Positions 52,797-62,863 of a stretch of 64,000 nt of DNA are shown here, piece after piece (position 1 is the first letter of the stretch; each line of letters starts with the position of its first letter). Both the position numbers and the translations under genes were made by a program. The stretch comes from an uncultured Nitrospiraceae bacterium (lineage in GTDB: Bacteria; Nitrospirota; Nitrospiria; Nitrospirales; Nitrospiraceae), in the NCBI GenBank assembly GCA_963846575.1, contig CAWJWJ010000002.1, forward strand, positions 448,001 through 512,000, in the 5' to 3' direction. Below the pieces are notes generated by a model. That model was not told the origin of the DNA and ran no database searches. It worked only from the letters and a program-made list of their open reading frames with translations.

Positions 52797-54713
52797 TTAT
52801 AGGCGCGGTACTGTGCCCGGGGACTGACCCGTCCATGGAATGGATGAGGGGCACAAAGTGTGGTCTTTCGCATGCCCGTCCATAATGAGTTCAAGTGAAT
52901 TTTTGAGTGAGTGCCCTCGCAGGGTTGAGGGACGTGCTGCCATGGCACGCTCAAATGGTTCGAGTATTCCAAGTACATCAAGAATCGTCGGCGTTACGTC
53001 GACCAGCGAGGCATGACAGACAGTCAAATGCGGCTGCGATGTTGGCGTGCCGCCAACGACAAACAGTAAGGGTACGACCGATTCGGCAGCTCTCAAGTGC
53101 CCGTGATCGGAATGAAAATGCCGGTGATTCTCGGTCTTCAGTCCCTCTATGACACGCCATTCCTGTTTGTTGGCATAGGTCAATCGTTTGGAGCGATCAG
53201 CCAGAAGAACAATGTCCGGCGCGCTCGACGGGTCCCCTGGCAGACTCGAGACGAGTCCATCGAGCCTTTCAGCAGCCATCGGAAAGGCCGCGGTATTGAG
53301 CAGGCTGTCTTTGACTTCCTGCGGCGGCAGTAGTTGAATGCCAGCATTTGCAAGACTGTATGGAATTACCACATAACGGCCGCCGGTCTGATAGAGCACC
53401 GCTTCCGGTCCATAACCATTCGTATGCATGGTTAAGAGCAGGTGCTCAAGGACCGGCTTCACCTCCTGGAGATAATCGGGACGGTCACGCCAGGTCCCAT
53501 CCCTGGGCTTGAGATGAATCCCCAACGTTCCTCCATTGAGGGTCGCTACGACATTCGCGCGCTCGGAGACCTGCCCTTCCTCGACAAGCCCCCACAGGGC
53601 GCGAATCTTGGACAAAGCGGTTTCGTTGATGAGCGACGGCTCTTCCACATGGTAGGCCCGACCACTGTTTTCGCTAAGTTCCTCGAAAATGAGCTTAAGA
53701 TCATCGATGCCGAGTGCGTCGACCCACCGCACGGGAGTGTGGCCATGGTCGGAGACCAGCACCACCATCGTCCGTTGCCAGGCGGGATTGTTCATAATGC
53801 CCTGCCATGCGATCGGATCGGTGCGGACCGGCTCCGATGCAGGCGAGGGAAAGTGATTCCTGGCGATCGCAGGATCGCCTGCGAAAAATTTCGAAATGAG
53901 ATGATCGAGATGATCCACGTAGGCGATTCGTGCGCCTTCCCCCCCTCCCATTCCCTCCTGGGAGATATGTTCTACGTGGTCCAACCCGGAAAAATAGACT
54001 GTAAATACCGAGGGCAGAATTCGCCCGGGTTCCTTCGAATTCTTCGTGGAGGTGCTGAGTGAGTGAACTGCCTCCCAGAGCGAATTTTCGTCCACGGCAT
54101 GACTGTGGTTGCGCTGATAACTCCAGAGCGTATCGAAGTCGGGCTTTCGCGCGACACCTCCGCGCGTAACCATATTGTGGACGATCATGCTCTGACCTCC
54201 GGCCGATCCCACGTACTCATGGAGCGTCTTGATGTGCGGATTGATATCGTTCGAGAGAAAGTCCTTGTCTAATTGGACGCGAATCGAATCGAGATGATAT
54301 TCCGTGTAGTAGCGGGCAATTTCACGATCCCGAAAAAATAGATTATTCCCGGTGATGCCATGTGTCCCCGGATAGACGCCCGTGAACATGCTTGTCCACG
54401 AGGGATATGTGAAAGAGGGAAATACCGTCACGGCCTGTTGCACCGCGACGCCTTTCGTCAACATGGTTCCCGAGCCGTCGCTTGTGATCCCAAAGAGATC
54501 GTGCAGCCCGCCCTTCCTTCTTTCACCGGGTCTTTCGAGGTACGACAGCAGGGTATCCTGCTTCAGGCCGTCGACTGCAATGATGACCACGTGATCAATG
54601 CGCTGGGAATGAACGCGTCCGGACGGGGGTGGCTGAGGGGGCAGCTCTGTCGTAACGCACCCTTGAGACAGCCCGAGAAGGGTCACAAGTGCGAAGAGTA
54701 AAAGGTATGGCAT
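52797..54713 (-). CDS. Alkaline phosphatase superfamily (NPP-like) lipoprotein
   Basis: Lipobox SQGC; VDGL, FPSFTYPSWTSMFTG (Thr nucleophile), LDHVEH, SDHG, HGH, DVTPTIL. Confidence 0.88.
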   Translation of the reverse strand: MPYLLLFALVTLLGLSQGCVTTELPPQPPPSGRVHSQRIDHVVIIAVDGLKQDTLLSYLERPGERRKGGLHDLFGITSDGSGTMLTKGVAVQQAVTVFPSFTYPSWTSMFTGVYPGTHGITGNNLFFRDREIARYYTEYHLDSIRVQLDKDFLSNDINPHIKTLHEYVGSAGGQSMIVHNMVTRGGVARKPDFDTLWSYQRNHSHAVDENSLWEAVHSLSTSTKNSKEPGRILPSVFTVYFSGLDHVEHISQEGMGGGEGARIAYVDHLDHLISKFFAGDPAIARNHFPSPASEPVRTDPIAWQGIMNNPAWQRTMVVLVSDHGHTPVRWVDALGIDDLKLIFEELSENSGRAYHVEEPSLINETALSKIRALWGLVEEGQVSERANVVATLNGGTLGIHLKPRDGTWRDRPDYLQEVKPVLEHLLLTMHTNGYGPEAVLYQTGGRYVVIPYSLANAGIQLLPPQEVKDSLLNTAAFPMAAERLDGLVSSLPGDPSSAPDIVLLADRSKRLTYANKQEWRVIEGLKTENHRHFHSDHGHLRAAESVVPLLFVVGGTPTSQPHLTVCHASLVDVTPTILDVLGILEPFERAMAARPSTLRGHSLKNSLELIMDGHAKDHTLCPSSIPWTGQSPGTVPRL

Positions 54714-55204
54714 ATTGAAAGGATCTCGCTTGAGGGGTCAACGAAATGACCGCTTTGTTTAAAGGGGTACTACGCGGTGGTAAGCGCGTTAGCCGTCTCC
54801 GCATCGATGTATGCATGGCGGGTGCTTTTTCCGATGCGGTGTTGTGTATGCAGTCACGGAAGTCAATCTCTCCTCTGTGCCTATGAAATTGTATGTAAAC
54901 AAAAACGATTCACCACTGGTAGGAACCCTGGCGCGCCAGTCAATAAGGAGAGATGACGAACAGGTGTGTGGCTCTCGAGTCGGACCGGGCACATGTGGCA
55001 TGGATAGGGAGGAACCCTTGCTCCTGAGCGGTGGCGTCTGTTCGTCCGGCTTATCCGATCGAGTACCTTCTCCGGCAGGAGCGAGAGGTCGGACCTTCCC
55101 GATATTAGGCAACCCGATCGGCGGAAGACCTATACGGCCATGATCGACGACTGGAGGTGAAGGAGGTTATCGAATCAGAAAGCAGGGCTTATGGGGGCCT
55201 GAGC

Positions 55205-55345
55205 CTATTGCAGGTCGTAGAGGGCTACGACGCCAAGCGCAAAAATGAAAGTCACCAGCATGAGCCAGGGGTGAAGCCACTCGAAGAGGTCGGCGCCCTC
55301 GGCACTATTCAGAAACGTGTCGCTATATTGCTCCCGGTCATTCAT
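55205..55345 (-). CDS. Small membrane protein (46 aa)
   Basis: AGGAGG SD; MNDREQYSDTFLNSAEGADLFEWLHPWLMLVTFIFALGVVALYDLQ. Confidence 0.55.
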   Translation of the reverse strand: MNDREQYSDTFLNSAEGADLFEWLHPWLMLVTFIFALGVVALYDLQ

Positions 55346-55788
55346 CGAAAATCGCCTCCTGTTGGCATTCTACCGAACCATATTGCCTTGGCAAGCAGCA
55401 TCAAAGTTTAGGCTGTCCAGTCAACGCGTGACAGCCGCCATCAGTAGCCGATAAGTACACGCTTGGAGGTATCACCGCCAATCGGGGCCGCCGGGTCTTA
55501 CCTTGGGCCACTCTGTGCGATTTTTCCGTGAAGATTCGAGGCGCGTTGTTTCGAGACATGTCGGACTCAACTTCAACCAGCCGATAAGACGTGAGAGCAC
55601 TCTTGAACAGGGAATGCCGGAAAATGTCTATTCGATTACTGAGTGTTTTAAGTGTATCAAGCGTGCCTGCTCTTCAGTTGATCCGTCGGTGACTGGCTCC
55701 TATGCGGCATTCCTAAGGAATCAGATCGATGGGGGACGCAACGCGTAACCGCCTTACTGTCTGCCGCTGTCCGACTCATTTATCTAGT

Positions 55789-55804
55789 TGAGCAAAATTG
55801 ATCA
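55789..55804. promoter_or_regulatory. 16-bp palindromic operator candidate, copy 2
   Basis: TGAGCAAAATTGATCA. Confidence 0.55.
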
Positions 55805-55875
55805 GACCACCTTCTTCAGGCAGTCTATAAAGAGAGCATATCCCGTCATCACCATCACACCTTGCGCGGACAGGT

Positions 55876-56065
55876 ATGAATCAGGAGTCTCCCCTGGCTG
55901 ATCAAATCCTCGAAGCAGTGGCCAAGATACCTACTTGTCGAATCGAGGAGTTGGCATCCCTGTTTCCAGACCTGACTGGTCGAGCTCTCCGGGAGGCCGT
56001 CGCCTCGCTGATCTGATCATGTACGTTGCGCTGGAGGAGCGGCATTTTCACCGTGAGGCCTGCCG
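55876..56065 (+). pseudogene. Probable small winged-helix protein remnant
   Basis: MNQESPLADQILEAVAKIPTCRIEELASLFPDLT then loses frame; 3' end approximate. Confidence 0.4.
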
Positions 56066-56131
56066 ACGAGTTGATGGGACAACAGCTCCTGCCCTATTAA
56101 AGCGCAGCTACTCGTGTGCGGAGGAACATTC

Positions 56132-56370
56132 ATGAACTGGACACTGGACATCCGTGGCTAGTTCAGGGGATCTAGAACCAGAGCCTACGTGAAATCTATG
56201 CGCCGTATGGCACCGTTGAGTCGGCTCGCATGATTAGTAGCTTTGGCACTCCCCAGCCAACCGGCCTGGGGATTGTTGCGGATGGAGTTCCCAAGGGCGT
56301 GGACGACACAGCCGCAGCGTTGAAAGAGGTCCGACGTGCCGGATATCCCATAGAAGCCTACTTCACGCGC
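56132..56370 (+). pseudogene. RRM RNA-binding protein remnant
   Basis: GGAGG SD; LREIYAPYGTVESARMI...GLGIV resembles RRM 'LRELF..YG.V.SA.VI...GFGFV'; early stop and frameshift. Confidence 0.5.
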
Positions 56371-56374
56371 CATC

Positions 56375-56735
56375 ACGAGCCGCTGAGAACATGTTCGCGC
56401 ATTGAGTTCCCTTGTATCGAGCTGTCTTCCCGCCTCCGAAACGTATTCAGAACAGCCTTAATTCGTGATCGCTTGGCGCCGATCATTGCGACCGCCATCC
56501 TCGGGCTTATACTCCGAGTGCCACCTCTGGCTTATGGTCCTTCCGAAATGCGCCGGCACAGTGACCTTCGCGAGACGCTTCTGTATCGACTGGTTGGAGT
56601 GCAGAATTGCGGTACAAAACCCTTTCGATTCGAAGGTTGTTCGATGGTAGATACGGCATAAACAGTTCGGAGAAGGTGCGCTCTTTAGGCCGCACCTCAC
56701 GCATTCGCAAGAGAGTAGATGATTGTCCCATTCAG
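56375..56735 (-). pseudogene. Crp/Fnr regulator remnant, paralog of 51576..52229
   Basis: STLLR..FSELFMPYLPSNNLRIE / KRLAKV..AHFG / KDHKPE / IS....AMIGAKRSRI...NTFR across frames. Confidence 0.8.
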
Positions 56736-56738
56736 TGT

Positions 56739-56754
56739 TGAGCAATTGTGACCA
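56739..56754. promoter_or_regulatory. 16-bp palindromic operator candidate, copy 3
   Basis: TGAGCAATTGTGACCA. Confidence 0.5.
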
Positions 56755-56854
56755 GTATCCGGTCGGGTTTGGCCATTAGCATGAGTGACGTTGTCTTTCC
56801 CCTGAGATTCTCATTGGGAATGTTATCGCTGCATGCATACAAAAGGGAGGCCGC

Positions 56855-57752
56855 ATGAAACAGAAAACGGTTTGGAGACTGATCGTATGCGGGCTATGGG
56901 CAGGTGCAGCGCAATCCGTTGTACATGCAGGACCTGGTGCAATGGAGACCGTTCAGCAGCTCATTGCAGGAGACCGTCTGGTGCTTGGCGTAGTCGAGGA
57001 AGTCAGAAGTGATCAAGCCCGCATCGGCACGAGTGAGGGCCGCCCTCGTTTCATTCCGATGAATGTGCGAAAAGGGGTTACCCATACTCAAAATAGGTGA
57101 TTTGGTCGAAATTACCCTGAACGACCAGAATTTGCTGGTCGACGTACATATGCCAGGGGAATCCAACCATCATCGCGTCGTGGTGGGGCAACTCGCCGCT
57201 CCGCTGGATACCGGCCATGACAAGGCCGTGATCCGTACGACGGACGGAAAAGTAGAATCCCACATGGTGCGTCCCAGTGCACAAAGCAAGGTGGCCTCCA
57301 TTCCTGTTGGCGCCGACGTCATTTTTCTCATTGATGAATTGGAGAAGATTGTGGACGCGACGTTGGGCAGCAAACAAGCCGTTCAATATGCTAGGGACCT
57401 TTGGCAGAAGATGAGCCCCCCGAAGGGCCACCTCTCCCAGATCGTTGGGGTAATCGCGACGCCCCTGAAGAACAATACGATTGTTCCTCGCATGGCAAAT
57501 GGCAAGGAGCACTCGTATGAAGTGCGGCCGTTGATTCAACAGAGACTGGGCACCCTGGCGACCGGCGATGCCGCGACCCTTCTCGTGGATGACGAAAACA
57601 AAGTTACGGACGTGGCCTTCGTACCGAATGGACACAAGAGTCAGGATGAGGGTGTGACACCTAATCTGGTCGCTAGGTACATAGACAGAGCAGGGGGCGG
57701 AGGGGGCCAGAATGGAAGCCGTCTCCTGCAACGACGCCTCCAACCTTCGTGA
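56855..57752 (+). pseudogene. Exported protein with three OB-fold-like repeats, split by a frameshift at ~57072
   Basis: GGGAGG SD, signal peptide (VHA); ORFs 56855 and 57063 join at AAAAGGGG. Confidence 0.7.
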
Positions 57753-58078
57753 AATGGCTGACCCCCCGCTCTCCGCCGTCTGCGGCGAGGAGGCCTGTTT
57801 CGTCTTCATGAGCATGAAGGGTTGTTGAGTGGTGGGAGGACGAAGATTGTTCGACTCTCACGTGCATTCGAACCGTTGGCTCTCCAGGCCTTCGACGCCA
57901 AGAAGTCGCCTCCGGTGCATGCAAACCCGCTAACAAGAGTGCGCCACCAGGCCGATCAGTGACTCAGCCGGCAGCACCGTGTTCCAACGAGTTCCGAATC
58001 CCCTAATGTTAGCGACGACTCGGTCGCGGTAGGCCTTGGTTTGCTCCGAAAGCCATACCTATTGCATGGGCACCCGGG

Positions 58079-58177
58079 CTACTGGGTGAGGAAAAACGCG
58101 ATTGCCATGGCACCCATCCAAAACAGCAAGAACAACGACACCGAGATCTCGGGCCACATGTCATGCCAGACCGTCAC
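58079..58177 (-). CDS. Small membrane peptide (32 aa)
   Basis: AAGGGGG SD, GTG start; MTVWHDMWPEISVSLFLLFWMGAMAIAFFLTQ. Confidence 0.45.
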   Translation of the reverse strand: MTVWHDMWPEISVSLFLLFWMGAMAIAFFLTQ

Positions 58178-58277
58178 GTTCACCCCCTTCCAGGAACCTC
58201 ACAGTCTGTCTCCCGCGTCGGCACAGGCGGCAACGTGGGTATTGAGAATCTAATCAGTGCTCGAACAGCAGCGCACC

Positions 58278-58490
58278 CTAGAGTTTTCTTTTCCCGTGCC
58301 AGGACGCGACTGAGCCCGGTAGCCGTGGTCGGCCCTCGGTCAATGGAGGATGGTTCTTACGATTGGCTTCAATTCCGGGATCCGTAGCCTCCCCACACAG
58401 AAGGCAGCGCCATCCTTTAACGGTCCCGGCAAGGAGCAAATCTCCCATCCAGACCGTCACCATGAGTCCTTCGCAACGAGAACACTGCAT
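58278..58490 (-). CDS. Small C4 zinc-finger protein, paralog of 50812..51039
   Basis: MQCSRCEGLMV...WRCLLCGEATDPGIEANR; AAGGGG SD. Confidence 0.8.
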   Translation of the reverse strand: MQCSRCEGLMVTVWMGDLLLAGTVKGWRCLLCGEATDPGIEANRKNHPPLTEGRPRLPGSVASWHGKRKL

Positions 58491-58925
58491 CCCATCCCCT
58501 TTCGGACCAAGGTGTCCAGAATAGCCGCCGTGGCCAGCTCGACAGGTTTTCAGAGAAGCGCTTAACAACGTAGCTCAAGGCTTCGAGGTGACCCATCGGT
58601 AGAGTCAGGAAGACGTCACTGACGAGTCCTGAGTGCTCGTCTTCTTGAAATACAATCTAGGCCCGGAGAGGGGACACGCGCCGCCTTGACCGTACCATAC
58701 GATCCGCTTCTCCCGTGGTGACGGCCCTCATGGGTTGTCTTGACGAAAACAACGGAGAGAATCGCCTCAAGCCTGTGCCGTGGGTGAACCGGCTCACCCC
58801 AGGGCTCCTCAACCTCCGATTCGCCTCAAACCGATTGAATTGGACCTTAGCTATCGGGGGAGTTGGGGCTTTGATCGCTGCTAGAGCCCTAGTGATAACC
58901 ATCATGAAGAAGTTGGAGGACGATC

Positions 58926-60257
58926 ATGACTGAAGTCACAACTCCGCTCCAGGCACTCACTCGCGCAGAGCGTTCCGAATCGCACTTGCTGGCGCACTAC
59001 GCCATCACTCTGGTCTTGGCAGAGTCCGCGACCCTGCAAGAGGCCATTCCAGCTATTCTCCGAAACATAGGCGAAAGTCTTGGATGGCAATTGACCCTCT
59101 TCTGGAAAGTGGATGAACAAACAAGTACGTTGCGGTTTATCAGCCTCTGGCATCACTCGAGGATCGACGCATCGGGATTCATTGCGGACAGCCGGGACGA
59201 ATCCGTCCAGCGCGAACGAGACCTGATTGAGCGGGTCTGGAAAACCGGCAAGCCGTTTTGGGCTCCGGACATTGTCGTGGACACTGGGTTCCGACGAGCG
59301 TCGATCGCGGCGCGCGCGGGTCTCCATGGCTGGTGTGCCTTTCCGGTTCGAAAAGGCGACCGGATTTATGGTGTCATTGAATGCTTCAGTCCGGAGATCC
59401 GTCAGCCCGATCACGCCGTGCTGCATATGATGGCGGACATCGGCATCAAGATCGGCCAATTTGTCGATCGAAAAGAGACGGAGGTCGCGCTTCGCGTATT
59501 GGCGGCGCAGGACGAGGAAGAGGCCCGGCTGGCTGAGGTGGCGCGCGTGTTGGGAGACATCGCGCACGACATCAAAAATATGCTGATGCCGTTGTCTCAG
59601 GAGCATCTCTTCTGGAAGAGGAACTCAACGAGTGCTACGGACGCATGCCGCAGCCGGCGACGACCGGCGTGACACGCAGCCGCGAGCTCACCAAAAGAGC
59701 TGATCGAGATGATCCAGAACGGATCCATGCGGATTCAGCATCGGGTGGGGGAATTCGCCGATTCCATCAAAGGACATACTCGATCTCCGCAAATTGCTCC
59801 CTGTCACATCGCCAAGGTGGTGTCGAGCGTTTATGCGATCCTCCGGATATCCCGGCCCAGGAATGCGGCATTGCCCTTGGCGTCGAGGGGCTCGACAGCC
59901 TGCCGATGATTCAAGCGGATGAAAGCCAGCTGTTCAATGCTTTTTACAACTTGGTGAACAATGCCTTAGCAGAAGTCCCGCCGGACGGCTCGATCACCAT
60001 ATCAGGGTCGAGACGGAGCCAGGACGGGAGGAACATCATGGTATCGGTCAGCGACACCGGCAGGGGCATGCCTCGCGAAGTCCGAGAGAGTCTGTTCACC
60101 TACCATGCCATCAGCCGGAAAGGTCGGAGGGACCGGACTCGGAACGAAGATTGTGAAGGATGTCATCGACGCGCATCACGGGGGGATTACCGTGGAGAGC
60201 GAACCGGGCGTTGGAACCTCGTTCCATATCACGTTACCGGTGGGCGGATTAGCGTGA
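58926..60257 (+). pseudogene. GAF sensor histidine kinase with at least four frameshifts
   Basis: GAF; IAHDIKN H-box; NLVNNA, DTGRGM, GGTGLG, GTSFHITLP spread over frames. Confidence 0.85.
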
Positions 60258-60805
60258 AGCAAGCTCGCAGGTGTGGGCGACTTCGCGAGACCGACAGAAG
60301 AGGTGGCGGTGACCCGGGATCGACCGGATGACTTGCGGCGTATGAATACAGATGCGTTGTTTGGTGAGTCCCGCTTCTGAATGAGCTTGTCGGGGCAAGG
60401 CCAGTTCCCGCTCCACAATGCGATTATTAGCCACATCAGGTCGTCCCCGCTACTGAATAAAAGCCCGACCGACCGACAACTTACGCCAGGCGCAAGGAAG
60501 CGCCAACGGGGTTGTAGGACCCCAGTGCAACCGTCAGCAGGCCAGCATGTAGTCGTTATAAAATGGGCATTGTGTTGGTATGGACTGGATGTCCCACGGT
60601 GCTTGATGGTGCGGTCGTTGGTCAGCCCCAGACCGAGTCGGGCTTCAATTTCTCACTGGGCTTGATGTTCGCCGGGCGCCTATCGATGGTCACACCTTGG
60701 GATGAGGCGGACACCCGGAAGAAAGTCAACCACATGAATCGAAGCTATCTCGGGGAGGAGTGCTCGTCTGTGCAGCTGAGCCCCATGGCTGTATGCGATA
60801 GCCCA

Positions 60806-62863
60806 CTAAGGCGGGCTGGTGAAGGTGTTCAAGCCAGTCAGCTCAATGCCCTTCATCGCGGTTTGAATGGCTCCATGAAGTTGATCACCGGCTGCTTCCT
60901 TGGGCAATAACACCGAGGCACCAGCCGTTCGCATCGCATCCTGATTGTCGACCGAGGCGTTGACAGACATTCCGATGACGATCGTGTCCGGATGCGCGGT
61001 CCTTATTCGTGAAGTAGCCTCAATACCGTTCATCAACGGCATATTTATATCTATCACTACTACCGACGGTTTGAGTTTCTGCACCAGCTCTACGGCTTCC
61101 CGCCCATTGGACGCCTCAGCAACGACATCAATATCCGAAAAGCCTTCAAGCACCAGGCGTAGCCCCTGCCGAACCATTGCGTGGTCATCCGCAATGAGCA
61201 CGCGACATGAGCCCGGCTTGAGGGAGCTCGTTATGAGCGCCTGTGTCATATCTTCAGGCTGTGGAACATTTGCCAATGAGGCCTCAATCGCCGGTTCTGT
61301 TAAGCCGGACAGGGGGAGAATCAGGGTGGCAACAGTACCCTCGCCTGGTTTGGACTGCATCTCCAGGCGGCCTCCTAAAGCTTCCATGCGTTGCCGGATA
61401 CTGAACAAGCCGAATTTGGATGAGTGAGCGGCCAGCTTTTGGGATGACAAGGCACTCAGATCGAACCCCACTCCCTGGTCTTCCACGATGATTCTGAGAA
61501 AACCATCACTGCTTGCCGCCACTATCAGTGCCTTCTTCGAGACAGCATGTTTGACCGCATTCAGGAGCAGCTCACGAACTGATTGAAAGACGAGCACTGA
61601 CTGATGTTCGGGTAATTTCAATTCTTCCGGTGTGTCGATGCGCACGGTTACATTCAAGTGGTAACGTTGCATCTGCTCGCCGAGCCATCGCAGAGCGGTG
61701 AAGAGCCCGAACTCATGAAGGACGGGTGGACTGAGTTCCGCCACCAGATTTCGGGTGTAGGTCAGGGATTCATTCACGACGTCTTCAGCCTGCTTAATCA
61801 TTTCCACAGAGCGGGATAGCGGTCCGACTTTGGCCTGGCCCAACTTCAACCGTACGAGTACGAGCATTTGAGCCAAATGATCATGCAGTTCGGCAGCGAG
61901 CCGAGTGCGCTCACGTTGTTCGGCCAGATTTAACTGGTTCGCCAGCGCGCGAAGTTGCTGCTGAGAGGACACTAACTCGTGCGTGCGCTCCGAGACTTTC
62001 CTCTCGAGTTCCTCGGCAAACTGTTCCAATCGCGCTTGCGATGCCTTCCGGTGGGTGATGTCGTTGAAAAGGATGGCCACTTTTCGTTCCGACGGCACGC
62101 CGATACGCCAGGCATATATTTCGTAATGGCGATGAAGCTCGTTCTCTTCCTTCTCGAATCGCAACGGCTCGCCCGTGATGGCAATTGACCCGTAAATCTG
62201 AAACCAGTGGTCTTCGTGCCGGGGAACGATCTCCCGCACGCGTCGGCCCACCACGTTCTGCAGGCCTGTCTGGATTTCAAAGGCCTGGTTGACAAGAAGG
62301 AAGCGGTAGTCGGTTGGCTTGTGATGCTCGTCAAAGAGCACTTCTATCGTGCAGAACCCTTGATCGATCGATTCGAACAGGGTTCGATACTCTTGTTCGG
62401 ATTCACGCAGCTGATGTTGCGCAAACGACTGCTGTTCCACTAAGTCCCTCACCAGATATTGCCGACGACGTGATCGCAAGCCCACCTCGATGGAACGCAC
62501 CAGCGTAGCCTCTCCTATCGGCCGTTCAAGCAGCGTGACACCGCCGGCCGCTTCGGCCACCAGATTGAGCAACCGCGCCAAACGCGATTCGCCACCACGC
62601 GTCAACACGATCAGGGGCAACTCGCTCCATGGCGGTTGTGAATCCAGGTGGCGAAGCAAATCAGGAATCTGTGGGAGCTCAAGCGCTTCTTCGGTCACGA
62701 GCAAGGCTGCTCCACCCACCGTCAACTGGTGGCAGGTTTCAGCGGCCGTGAGACAGACCGTCGCGTCAAATCCATTTCTCGCGAGCAGCGTTGCCATGGC
62801 AGGAGCGTCCTGACCGATCGGGGCGAGGATAAGGATGCGCTCCTCGGCCCTATGTCGTGCCAT
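60806..62863 (-). CDS. Hybrid kinase: pseudo-receiver - PAS - HisKA_3 - HATPase - REC
   Basis: RILILAPIGQDA pseudo-REC; PAS; ELHDHLAQ; DQGVGF; ADDH/IDINMP. Confidence 0.92.
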   Translation of the reverse strand: MARHRAEERILILAPIGQDAPAMATLLARNGFDATVCLTAAETCHQLTVGGAALLVTEEALELPQIPDLLRHLDSQPPWSELPLIVLTRGGESRLARLLNLVAEAAGGVTLLERPIGEATLVRSIEVGLRSRRRQYLVRDLVEQQSFAQHQLRESEQEYRTLFESIDQGFCTIEVLFDEHHKPTDYRFLLVNQAFEIQTGLQNVVGRRVREIVPRHEDHWFQIYGSIAITGEPLRFEKEENELHRHYEIYAWRIGVPSERKVAILFNDITHRKASQARLEQFAEELERKVSERTHELVSSQQQLRALANQLNLAEQRERTRLAAELHDHLAQMLVLVRLKLGQAKVGPLSRSVEMIKQAEDVVNESLTYTRNLVAELSPPVLHEFGLFTALRWLGEQMQRYHLNVTVRIDTPEELKLPEHQSVLVFQSVRELLLNAVKHAVSKKALIVAASSDGFLRIIVEDQGVGFDLSALSSQKLAAHSSKFGLFSIRQRMEALGGRLEMQSKPGEGTVATLILPLSGLTEPAIEASLANVPQPEDMTQALITSSLKPGSCRVLIADDHAMVRQGLRLVLEGFSDIDVVAEASNGREAVELVQKLKPSVVVIDINMPLMNGIEATSRIRTAHPDTIVIGMSVNASVDNQDAMRTAGASVLLPKEAAGDQLHGAIQTAMKGIELTGLNTFTSPP

